From Phycisphaerae bacterium (GTDB lineage Bacteria; Planctomycetota; Phycisphaerae; UBA1845; Fen-1342), in the NCBI GenBank assembly GCA_050115495.1, contig JASFQK010000038.1, forward strand, positions 1 through 64,000: a stretch of 64,000 nucleotides of DNA, in the 5' to 3' direction. The notes under the pieces were generated by a model, which made no database searches, was not told the origin of the DNA, and was given only the letters and a program-made list of their open reading frames with translations. Shown piece by piece: positions 17,801-26,139 of the stretch (positions are counted from its first letter, which is position 1; each line of letters opens with the position of its first letter). The position numbers and the translations under genes were made by a program.

Positions 17801-19915
17801 GACCCCGACGGGACGGAGGAGGCCGGCAATCCGCCATGCTACGACCCGGCCACCATGAGCAATGCAGACGGCGCCGGTGATGCGGTTACGGACCTGAACG
17901 CGGACTATTGCCCGTGGTTGCTGGGGCCGCAGAACTCGTTGGTGCTTGAGGCGGCGGACTGCCAAGACGACACGGATGATGTGCTGGGCGGCCACCAGAT
18001 TGAAGTCGAGCTGTGGATGCGCAGCGTCGTGACGCCGGTTACCGGCTTTACGGCGTTCATCGAGTTCGACGAAACGGCGCTGGCGTTCGTCAGTGGGACG
18101 TACGAGACGCAGCCGTTCCTGTCGCACCAGCCCACCTCCATTGGCCTGGTGGACACATACACTGACCTGCTGGAAGCCGGCGGCTACATGCAGTCCGGTG
18201 ACCCGGAGTGGCCGGGGGCCACCGGTGACTGGAAGCTGGCGACGCTCGTGTTCACCGTCCTGAACGAGTGCGCGACAACCCGCGTGGATCTGACCTCGAT
18301 GATCGTGTTCAACTCCGAGCTGAGCTTCGAAGGCGAAGCGGTCCCGACCTCTCTGGTCAACACGCCGGAGATTAGCCTGGACGACACGGATCCGGATATC
18401 ACGTGTCCGACAGATATCACGATCGAGTGTGACGCATCGACCGATCCCGCGAACACGGGTAGCGCGACCGCGACGGACATATGCGATACGTCGGTGGACG
18501 TCACGTACGCGGATGTCGACAACCTGAGTGGCTGCGGTGGTTACACGGGCACGATTACGCGAACGTGGACCGCTGAGGATGACTGCGGCAATACAAGTTC
18601 GTGCGATCAGATCATCACGGTGGTTGACACGACGGATCCCGTCATCACGTGTCCGGCGGACGTGACGATGGAGTGCAGTGACTCGAGGGACCCGTACGTG
18701 AACGGTGCTCTCGGCGTCGCCAGTGCAACGGACAACTGCGATTCGACGCCGACGATCACGTACGCGGATGTCGACAACCTGAGTGGTTGCGGTGGTTACA
18801 CGGGCACGATCACGCGAACGTGGACCGCTGAGGATGACTGCGGCAATACAAGTTCGTGTGATCAGACCATCACCGTGGTTGATACCACTCCCCCGGATAT
18901 CAGTTGCCCGGGCGACATCACACAGAACGCCGATGCGGGCACTTGCTCGCTTCTGGTCGATCCGGGGACGGCAACCGCGACTGACAATTGCGACAGCTCG
19001 CCGGCCATCACCTGGCTACGGAGTGACAGCAAGTCGAGCCTGACCGATCCGTACGACGTGGCGAATTCGCCCATCACGATCACGTGGACGGCCACGGACG
19101 CATGCGGCCTCACCGACGTGTGCTACCAGGTTGTCACCGTTCTCCCCTACAACTACGTGAGCAGCATCGAGGTGCAGTTGCAGGGCGTGGACGCCGATGA
19201 CTGGCCGACCGGGACGTTGACGCGGTGCATCGAATTCACCGTCAAGAACGGCCTGGACTGCGAACCGCCGGTTCACGTCTGGGTCCAGTTCTTCGACACC
19301 GTCCCTCCGACCGGTGTGGCCATCGGCCTCGCCCCGATGTTCGAAGTCGCGTGCGGCTCGTACAGCGGAATCTGTGCGAAGGACGAGCAACATACGCTGT
19401 ACGACACGCAGTCGTTGACGATCTCCGGCACGGACTACACCAACGCGGCCACGCTCTACCTGCTGGCTGGCGATACCGACAACGACAGTGACGTCGACAT
19501 CCACGACGTGACCTGGCTGATGTATCAATGGGGTCAGGGTGCCGGGCCGGCTGCGTTTGGCGATTGCCCGTGGGATCACACGCGCGATGCCGACTTCACC
19601 AACGACAACATCCTGGATTCCGACGATTACCTCTTGCTGAGCAATAACTGGCACCAGTACCGCATGTGCAGTTGCAGCTCGTACCTCGGCGCCGGCGGTC
19701 ACCAGGTCAGTCAGGCCGGGCCGCGGGTGGCCATGCTGACCAGCGACCTGCCGTGGGAGATGGCCGACAGTGTCGACCTCAACCGCGACGGCGTGGTGGA
19801 CTTCCTGGATGTACGCGAGTTCGAGATCCAGAACGGTCTGCCCGACACCCTCTCGTCTCTGATGGAGGCGTCGACGCAGCCGGCCGCTCCGGCGGCATCG
19901 CGGCGCCATCCCTAG
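14900..19915 (+). CDS. Secreted scaffold-like protein A: unknown N-terminal domain, beta-propeller-like region, right-handed beta-helix, cohesin-like domain, 3 HYR-like repeats, X-like module and dockerin-like C-terminus
   Basis: GGAGG RBS, signal peptide; IQNAVD...I.IAPGTY.EQV beta-helix cap; GFTAFIEFD...LATLVF cohesin-like; D.T.P.ITCP HYR repeats; GDTDNDSDVDIHD / DFTNDNILDSDD / DLNRDGVVDFLD EF-hand loops. Confidence 0.8.
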   Translation: MKARTGHRMAMAVALAGLLLWPATATANSVQSSTMHFEGTLTDAGGGVYTGTIAMTRGAWYCETCPGGDLYVGGSAPYVPGPNQGGFDLLARAGGIAYYDDAVQGVIGTDHDAYSSGGGWGSFYQPDCCDYEHYELTLTGDHWYLRYNGGVLGAGNATPMSGAMDWANLYASEDDIGAYVTPPADPDANDGDAAANGGGPGAWDMDWGWGSEVIPLQASGFIVKVEDLGSGQYHVTLTPDLIEVSQPVQMTSDTHYERGNSVLKDSNGQYWLFWGRHTSFTGNYGSGNPDDSSYDIYYSTASTVAGLAGAGTAVTSGVSIYQGQTTCVEYDGQIWVFAADSGASNQVKAWTMPTSGGSWTASDVLPGGSGPFTGTHMWATVFDGKIFLAVGRGAVIDVTTYDGSNWSAFHQAVNHNGMPRLYVDDTDLYLYYTSWAAPDAYEIYKYNGGTTWNLLATIAGTTDDDCDPMLVKVDDTYAFIFAPWNSGASKQCLKYWVAGSIADFDGQGQADAHYLTAGGYGGTNWVDMWPAALVDGDDVYLFYGSEASGTARGTGNIFMLPFDWGMGADHFNYIQNAVDHATGTTINIAPGTYEEQVVVDGDNIHLVGAGSGPDPATNTVVLSPATLPWLFNTNNRPIVGFTGCTGGSIENLRVDGDGRGNANYRFEGVAFWNAGGDVVDCVITDVRNEPLDGNQHGIGVYAYNDDFGPYTVNVLGTDVDGYQKNGMALSGDGLTANVIGCTVTGGGTMGSGLPAQNGIQISYGAGGSIEDCTIANNIYTENWAASGILLYLGTTVAMSGNTVNGNCPGVYCEDTNGSFADGVISNQHAESWDALYAINTGAALGVGDESKVVAIAAPFEEEVGRADKGRTARTFTLSNSTIVGHGREDSWGVYFKAEGDTLTASMTNCRVENWDLGVYTREAGGTVSLTAHYNDIENNGTYGGFYSNAAGVQDVKNNWWGDASGPYDPDGTEEAGNPPCYDPATMSNADGAGDAVTDLNADYCPWLLGPQNSLVLEAADCQDDTDDVLGGHQIEVELWMRSVVTPVTGFTAFIEFDETALAFVSGTYETQPFLSHQPTSIGLVDTYTDLLEAGGYMQSGDPEWPGATGDWKLATLVFTVLNECATTRVDLTSMIVFNSELSFEGEAVPTSLVNTPEISLDDTDPDITCPTDITIECDASTDPANTGSATATDICDTSVDVTYADVDNLSGCGGYTGTITRTWTAEDDCGNTSSCDQIITVVDTTDPVITCPADVTMECSDSRDPYVNGALGVASATDNCDSTPTITYADVDNLSGCGGYTGTITRTWTAEDDCGNTSSCDQTITVVDTTPPDISCPGDITQNADAGTCSLLVDPGTATATDNCDSSPAITWLRSDSKSSLTDPYDVANSPITITWTATDACGLTDVCYQVVTVLPYNYVSSIEVQLQGVDADDWPTGTLTRCIEFTVKNGLDCEPPVHVWVQFFDTVPPTGVAIGLAPMFEVACGSYSGICAKDEQHTLYDTQSLTISGTDYTNAATLYLLAGDTDNDSDVDIHDVTWLMYQWGQGAGPAAFGDCPWDHTRDADFTNDNILDSDDYLLLSNNWHQYRMCSCSSYLGAGGHQVSQAGPRVAMLTSDLPWEMADSVDLNRDGVVDFLDVREFEIQNGLPDTLSSLMEASTQPAAPAASRRHP
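18501..18885 (+). repeat. Near-identical direct repeat of about 130 bp (copies start at 18501 and 18756) encoding HYR repeats
   Basis: TCACGTACGCGGATGTCGACAACCTGAGTGG...GTGGTTGA occurs twice with about 6 mismatches. Confidence 0.9.
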
Positions 19916-20139
19916 GTCCCCTGGCTGAGCCTCCAGATGCGCTCCCCGCTGCGGCACTCGCCGCGGCGGGGACGCACTGGGGTCGCCATGGCCCGAACCT
20001 GACGTGCGCCCAGTACCTCTCGTGCTCCGGCCGCCGCGCCGGAGCACGAGAGCGGGCGCACGAACGTGTGAACGCGTAACGCGGCGGGTGCGGCCCGAAC
20101 CGGCCGACGATGCTTCTTCGACGATGGAGGGCATGTAAC

Positions 20140-23100
20140 ATGCGATTCGGCAGAGACATGATGGCAGCAGCGCTCGTGGCCGCCGCGGCCGTCGCGATCG
20201 GTATGGCCGTGCACGTCGACCCCGGGCAACCGGGCACGGCGCCCCAGATCGAGGCCATCCCGCCGGCGACGGGCGACTTCACGGCCACTTCGGCGACCGT
20301 CGGCGATCCTGGTGTCAGCCCGTCGGATGCGATACCGATAGATGAATACTACGACGGCGGCGACCGCCCGCCGGGCGATGACCTGGGTGGCGGCAGCCGC
20401 TTGAGCGGCGCCGACAATTGCCCAGCCACCGACCTCGGCACTCTGACCGGCAGCGGCAGCACGACGGACGCCGTCGGCACCTGTGGCCGGATGAACAACT
20501 TCGAGAACGACGGCGATCCCTGCAGCCTGTACGGCGGCCTTGGAGCCGACGTCATCTACCAGTTCCAGGTCGCCACCGCCGGTTTGTGGACCTTCGACGT
20601 CTGCGGGGCGACGTGGGACACGAGCCTCATGCTGCGGGAAGAGACCGGCGGCGGCTGCCCGGGCGACTGGCTGGCCTGCAACGGCGATTCGTGTGGCTAT
20701 CAGTCACGGGTGTTCGCCGACCTGGTTCCCGGCATCACGTACTACCTGATCGTGGACGGCTACAGCGGCGGCTACTGCGGCCCGTTCACGCTCAATTGGA
20801 CGGTCTACACGGGGCCGCCGGCGAACGACGACTGCGATGATGTGACGCCGGTGGCGCTGTTTGCCGGCGTTCCGTTGACCTTCAACGGCGACAACACGGG
20901 GGCCACCCTCGACTGCCCGAGCTTGAGTTTTCCGGAAGTGTGGCACGCCTTCACGACGAGCGAGACGCTGGACGTGTACATTGACATGTGCGACACGAGC
21001 GCCGGCTGGGGCCACGTCTACACAGTGCTCTTCGCGGACTGCCCCTGCGCAACCCTTATCCGTCGCACCGACTACGGGTGGGTCTGCCCCAACGGCAACT
21101 TTGTGATGTACTACGCCCATCTGCCCCCCGGCACGTACTACCTGCCGATTCTGACGGATGCCAGTTGGGGTGCGCAGGGGCCGTACACGGTGAACGTCAT
21201 CGGCGTTCCGTCCTGCACGATCACCTGTCCTGCGGGCAGCGTTCCCGAGGGCGAAGCCTGCGGCGAAGACCGGAACGGCGGCTGCAACATGGCGTCGCCG
21301 GAGTTCGAACCAATCACTTGCGGCGAGGTCGTTTGCGGGACGGTCTGGGCGAACAACAACGCGCGCGATACCGATTGGTACGAAGTGGTGACGACTGAGG
21401 ACACGATCTTCACTTGGCAGGCCGAGGCGGAGTTCCCCATCGTCATCGGCCTCGCCCCGACCGACCCCTGCGGGTCCGGTAACTGCGACGACCTGGGTGA
21501 TCATTTGAACCCGTACGTCGCCGGCGGAACATGCGACCTGATCAGCGTCACGACCGGCTGTCTTCCGCCGGGCAAGTACTGGCTCTTCGTGTCGAGCCAG
21601 CTCTACGACGGTTGGACGTGCGGGGACTACAACGACTACTACGCCATGCTCACGTGCACACCATGCACGTTACCGCGTGGTGCCTGCTGCCTGGGTGACG
21701 GCACTTGCGAGGTGCTCGCCGCCTGCCAGTGCACGGGCGTCTACGCGGGCGATGGCACCACGTGCGATCCGAATCCGTGCCCGCTGAACGACAGTTGCGA
21801 AGACGCGACGCCGATCGGCGAAGTGATCGACCTGCCGTTCGACACATCGCTGGCCATGTTCGACGGGCTCGGCACGTGCATGTCCGGCCCAAACCTCTGG
21901 TACTGCTATACGCCGGCCTGCACGGGGTTGGCGACGATCAGTCTGTGCGGCAGCAGCTACGACACGAAGCTCGCTGTCTATGAAGGCTGCTCGTGCGACG
22001 CACTCGGTCCCCAACTGGGCTGCAACGACGACTTCTGCGGCCCGCAGTCAGAGCTCACGATCCCGGTCTTCCCGGCCCAGGAGTACCTGATCGAAGTCGG
22101 CGGCCACGGTACGGCCCATGGCCCGGGCATCCTGAACGTGGCCTGCACGCCGGCGTCCGGTTCGCTGGTCGTCGAGGCGCCGAATTGCCAGTTCGACGTC
22201 TACCCGGCGGAGACCGGCCATCAGGTCGTGGTCCAATTGTGGATGCGCAACCTGACGCACGCTGCGACCGGCTTCCAGGCTTTCCTCCAGTTCAACCAGG
22301 CGGTGCTCGCCTACCGCGGTGACCTGAGCAGCTACACGGTCGATCCGTTCACCGAGCACCTGACAGCTGCCGCCGGCGCGCTCGTCGGTCCGGGGCAGTT
22401 GAACCTGGACGGCTCGGTCGACGACCTGCACAACGACGGCACGGCCGATGACAAGCTCCTGGCCACGCTTGTGTTCGACGTGCTCCAGGAGTGCGATGCG
22501 GCGGCGATCGAATTCCGCATGCACGAGATCTTCTACTCCGAGCTCAGCTATCGCGGCTACCTGATCGGCACCACACTGGTCGGCACGTCGTTCTGGTCCG
22601 ATCACACGCCGCCGACCATCAACGGTCTGGTCGTCACCGGCGGCCAGGTGGATGCGGATTGCGAGTGCACCGTCTCCTTCGCGGCGACGGTCAACGACAA
22701 CTGCTGTCTCGCCACGGCCGACATCGACGTCACCGTCAGCCTGACGACCGGCAACGCCACGCTCGGCACGCCCACGATCAGCAAGGTGCTCGAGGCGGAC
22801 GGCAAGACCGTCACCGTTACCGGCTCTGTTCTCGTGTCGTCGTTGACGGGCTGTCCGGCGACGGTGAAGGTCGAGGTCGACGCCCGGGATTGCTGCGGCA
22901 ACCCGGTCACGCCGACGCATGCCGAGGCCAGCGGTGACGTGCACGACACCATCGCCCCGGTTGTCACCGCCGGCAACGTGACGCAGAACGCCGACGCGGG
23001 CGTATGTACGGCCCTGGTGACGCTGACGGCTTCGGCCACGGACAATTGCGACACGATTCCGGCCGGTGAAATCAGCTTCGTCATCGATCTGGATCAAAAC

Positions 23101-24000
23101 GGCATCTTCGGCGGCGGCACCGACGTGACGCTGTCCGGCAGTCCCGCGACGTACACGTTTGATACGGGTGCGTGGGCGGTCCGAGCCGAAGCCACCGACG
23201 ATTGCCTCAACACCGGCTACGGCCACTTCACGGTCACGGTGGAGGCGTTCAACGAGGTGCAGGGCGTGGTCGTGCAATTGCAGGGTGTGAATGCCGCCCA
23301 GTGGCCGACTCCGCCGTTGACGCGCTGCATCAAGTTTGTGGCTCGCAACGCCACAACCGGCGAGTGCGCCCCGGCGGTGCACGTTCCGGTCACGTTCACC
23401 GGCGTGCCGGCGACCGGCACGGCCGCGTTCGAGATTGAATGCGGCGAGTGGGACGAGCTGTGTGCCAAGGATGAACAGCACACGTTGTATGACACGGTGC
23501 CGCTCTCGACTGCGGGCACGCAGTACACGACCACGGCCAATCTCTACCTCCTGGCCGGCGACACCGACAATGACAGCGACGTCGATATCCACGACATCAC
23601 CTGGCTGATGTACCAGTGGGGTCTCGGATCGACGCCGGCGCCTCCGGCCGGTTGCCCGTGGGACGGCACGCGCGACGGTGACTTCAGCAACGATTACTTC
23701 CTGGACACGACCGATTACCTGCTGCTGAGCAACAACTGGCACGAGTGGGCGACCTGCACTTGTGGCACGTTGCTCGGCGGCGGTCATCAGGTGGATGTGG
23801 CCGGCCGGCAGGTTTCGATGCTGGTTGCTGAGTTGCCGCCGGAGATGGCCGACAGTGTTGACCTCAACCGCGACGGCGTCGTGGACTTCCGGGATGTTCG
23901 TGAATTCGAGGTGCGCAGCGGTCTGCCCGACACGTTGTCGACTCTGATGGAGGCGTCAACGTCGCCGGCCGCTCCGGCAGAAACGCGGCGCCGGCCGTAA
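20140..24000 (+). CDS. Secreted scaffold-like protein B: Cys-rich PPC-like (NDxC) repeats, cohesin-like domain, HYR-like repeats, and the same X-dockerin C-terminus as protein A
   Basis: GGAGG RBS, signal peptide; PANDDC, CNDD, GACC..GTC motifs; GFQAFLQFN...LATLVF; C-terminal ~180 aa highly similar to protein A. Confidence 0.8.
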   Translation: MRFGRDMMAAALVAAAAVAIGMAVHVDPGQPGTAPQIEAIPPATGDFTATSATVGDPGVSPSDAIPIDEYYDGGDRPPGDDLGGGSRLSGADNCPATDLGTLTGSGSTTDAVGTCGRMNNFENDGDPCSLYGGLGADVIYQFQVATAGLWTFDVCGATWDTSLMLREETGGGCPGDWLACNGDSCGYQSRVFADLVPGITYYLIVDGYSGGYCGPFTLNWTVYTGPPANDDCDDVTPVALFAGVPLTFNGDNTGATLDCPSLSFPEVWHAFTTSETLDVYIDMCDTSAGWGHVYTVLFADCPCATLIRRTDYGWVCPNGNFVMYYAHLPPGTYYLPILTDASWGAQGPYTVNVIGVPSCTITCPAGSVPEGEACGEDRNGGCNMASPEFEPITCGEVVCGTVWANNNARDTDWYEVVTTEDTIFTWQAEAEFPIVIGLAPTDPCGSGNCDDLGDHLNPYVAGGTCDLISVTTGCLPPGKYWLFVSSQLYDGWTCGDYNDYYAMLTCTPCTLPRGACCLGDGTCEVLAACQCTGVYAGDGTTCDPNPCPLNDSCEDATPIGEVIDLPFDTSLAMFDGLGTCMSGPNLWYCYTPACTGLATISLCGSSYDTKLAVYEGCSCDALGPQLGCNDDFCGPQSELTIPVFPAQEYLIEVGGHGTAHGPGILNVACTPASGSLVVEAPNCQFDVYPAETGHQVVVQLWMRNLTHAATGFQAFLQFNQAVLAYRGDLSSYTVDPFTEHLTAAAGALVGPGQLNLDGSVDDLHNDGTADDKLLATLVFDVLQECDAAAIEFRMHEIFYSELSYRGYLIGTTLVGTSFWSDHTPPTINGLVVTGGQVDADCECTVSFAATVNDNCCLATADIDVTVSLTTGNATLGTPTISKVLEADGKTVTVTGSVLVSSLTGCPATVKVEVDARDCCGNPVTPTHAEASGDVHDTIAPVVTAGNVTQNADAGVCTALVTLTASATDNCDTIPAGEISFVIDLDQNGIFGGGTDVTLSGSPATYTFDTGAWAVRAEATDDCLNTGYGHFTVTVEAFNEVQGVVVQLQGVNAAQWPTPPLTRCIKFVARNATTGECAPAVHVPVTFTGVPATGTAAFEIECGEWDELCAKDEQHTLYDTVPLSTAGTQYTTTANLYLLAGDTDNDSDVDIHDITWLMYQWGLGSTPAPPAGCPWDGTRDGDFSNDYFLDTTDYLLLSNNWHEWATCTCGTLLGGGHQVDVAGRQVSMLVAELPPEMADSVDLNRDGVVDFRDVREFEVRSGLPDTLSTLMEASTSPAAPAETRRRP

Positions 24001-24240
24001 GTGCAGCTCGCGCAGGCTATCGGGCGCGTCTCCGGAGGCGAGCACCCACGTCATCGGGACGCACCGATGCCTGCGGACAGCAGTCTGGAGATATGTATCA
24101 CGCGCGACGGGCTTCGGCGTCTTGCCGAGGTGCTTCGCAGCGCTGGCATTGTATTAGCTGGCGGATGACTGCCAGAAAGCAACAGCCGCCGCCAGCATGC
24201 AACAGGCAGTAACAGGACTGCGCATTTGCCACAAGAGAAA

Positions 24241-24269
24241 TTGCGGCGTGCGCCCGGTGAGGGTATACT
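24241..24269 (+). promoter_or_regulatory. Candidate sigma70 promoter
   Basis: TTGCGG-17bp-TATACT upstream of the cohesin-PEP-CTERM gene. Confidence 0.45.
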
Positions 24270-24331
24270 ATAGCTTGTGTGGAGGAGGCAGGGGGAGGAG
24301 TGCCCGGCGAGTGGAGGAAGGAGGAGTGATC

Positions 24332-24940
24332 GTGAGTCGAGCGCAGTGTCTATTGACGGTTGGAGTGATCTGCCTGTCCGCCGCCTCTGCAGGTGCGCGG
24401 GCCGACCGTATCGACCTGAGTCTCGAGCCGGCCGCACAGACGGCGCTGGTGAATGACGTCGTCGAAATCGACCTGCTGGTCAGCTCGGACGATGATCAGG
24501 GACGCCTGTTTGCCGCCCTGGAAGCCATTCTCGACTGGGACCTGGTCTACCTGGATCTCCTGGGCGTCGACGACAGTGGCGCGGGCTACCCCTTCGGCCC
24601 CGCGAACCACTTCATGCCGGATCCCGACGGTATCAACGACGATCTGCACGACGGTAACGCGCTCTTCATCGCCCTCGCTGCCCCTGGCGGGGAAGCGACG
24701 GCGCCGCCCGAGGGCATGGTGGTGACCACGTTGCGCTTCGAGGCGCTGGCCGAAACGAGCGGCACGGTGGTCAGCTTCCTTCCGGAAATGGGCGCGCACG
24801 GCGTCACGCGCGTACGCCGCCTGGATCTGTCCGATGTCACGGGCGATATTACGAGCACCGCGACGGTCACCATTATTCCGGAACCGATGTCGCTGCTGCT
24901 CATGCTGGGCGCCGTGGCAGTAGTTGGCCGGCGTCGCTAG
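24332..24940 (+). CDS. Cohesin-like domain protein with PEP-CTERM sorting signal
   Basis: GGAGGAG RBS and GTG start; signal peptide; V.IDL...AILDWD..YL.L...VTTLRF.AL cohesin-like; ends IPEPMSLLLMLGAVAVVGRRR. Confidence 0.85.
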   Translation: MSRAQCLLTVGVICLSAASAGARADRIDLSLEPAAQTALVNDVVEIDLLVSSDDDQGRLFAALEAILDWDLVYLDLLGVDDSGAGYPFGPANHFMPDPDGINDDLHDGNALFIALAAPGGEATAPPEGMVVTTLRFEALAETSGTVVSFLPEMGAHGVTRVRRLDLSDVTGDITSTATVTIIPEPMSLLLMLGAVAVVGRRR

Positions 24941-24997
24941 CGTTCACTTTTAAAGGCAGCTCCGCGCTCGTTGTGGCGCGAGCTGGGAGTCCTGATC

Positions 24998-25753
24998 ATG
25001 AACAGCACGGGGATACGGTGCGGTCTGCTCTTGCTGGCGACGCTCGGCGTGGCCGCCACCGCCCACATGGCGCGCGGCAGCGTCGATCTTCTCTTTTCGC
25101 CGGTCACCGTAACGGCGCCGGCCGGCGCGGTCATCGAGATCGACTTCATCGCTCGCTCGGATGACGAGGGCGACCAACCGTTCGCCGCCATCGAAGCCAT
25201 TCTCAACTGGGATCCGGCGTATGTGGACCTGCTGGGTGTGGACAGCAGCAGTGCGGGTTATCCCTTCGGCCCGACGAACCACTTCATGCCGGATCCCGAT
25301 GGCATCAACACCGACCTCCACGATGGGAACGCGCTCTTCATCGCCCTGGCGCAGCCAGGCGAACAGGCGTACGCTCCACCGGAGGGGTTGGTCGTAACGA
25401 CCTTCCGTTTCGAGACGTTGGCCGCGACCAACGCCTCCGTGATCCACCTATTGCCGACGCTGGGCGCGCACGGCGTGACCAGGGTGCGCCGGCTCGACCT
25501 GACCGACGTCACCGGCGACATCTCGGCCGCCACAACCGTCCTTATCCTCGCCTGCGGTACGGGCGACGCGGATTCCGACGGTGATGTGGACCTCGTCGAC
25601 TTCGCCAGCTTTCAGACCTGCTTCACGGGCCCCGGCGGCGAGAGCGACACGCTCTGCCGCTGCTCCTTCGACCTGGCGGCCGACGAAGCCATCGACTTCG
25701 CCGACTTCGACGCGTTCTCGATGCTCATCACCGGCCCCGCATTCCTGCCCTGA
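24998..25753 (+). CDS. Cohesin-like domain protein with C-terminal dockerin-like domain (paralog of the upstream gene)
   Basis: Core closely similar to the 24332 gene; ends GDADSDGDVDLVDF...FDLAADEAIDFADF. Confidence 0.85.
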   Translation: MNSTGIRCGLLLLATLGVAATAHMARGSVDLLFSPVTVTAPAGAVIEIDFIARSDDEGDQPFAAIEAILNWDPAYVDLLGVDSSSAGYPFGPTNHFMPDPDGINTDLHDGNALFIALAQPGEQAYAPPEGLVVTTFRFETLAATNASVIHLLPTLGAHGVTRVRRLDLTDVTGDISAATTVLILACGTGDADSDGDVDLVDFASFQTCFTGPGGESDTLCRCSFDLAADEAIDFADFDAFSMLITGPAFLP

Positions 25754-25897
25754 CCTGAGCTGACGCGATCAGCCCACACACACACCCTGCGAGAAGCGTC
25801 CCCGGGGACCGTTCTGCGACGAGGCGGATCGCCGTAGTCTCTGGTCAGCACAGTACTTGTGGCGCATTGGCGGCGGTCCGCCGAAGTCCGGTTGGCC

Positions 25898-25926
25898 TTG
25901 ATTGCCGACAGGCAAAATCGTACAGT
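25898..25926 (+). promoter_or_regulatory. Candidate sigma70 promoter for the S8 peptidase
   Basis: TTGATT-17bp-TACAGT. Confidence 0.45.
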
Positions 25927-26139
25927 GGACTTGCTGGTGACGCGCATGGCTAGTGCAAGCGAAGCGTCGGGATGGAAACACTGTCGCCATCTGCAAGGGC
26001 TGTTGCCGCTCGGCTGCGCGCACCGCACGAACGCTCCGGGTCTCGCCCCACACGTCGTGGCGGGCTCGCCGGAGTGTGGCTATCCCGACTTCTCCGCTCG
26101 CTAACCGTACACGCGAGAACACAGAACCAGGAGGAAGAC

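Noticed and set aside
18501..18885. Diversity-generating retroelement TR/VR pair
   Set aside because: Mismatches are not adenine-specific, both copies are in-frame HYR repeats, and there is no reverse transcriptase in the window
25905..26000. c-di-GMP riboswitch suggested by GGCAAA, GGAAAC and TAGTGCAA fragments
   Set aside because: The fragments are not in the order or spacing of class I or II consensus; GGCAAA falls inside the predicted promoter spacer
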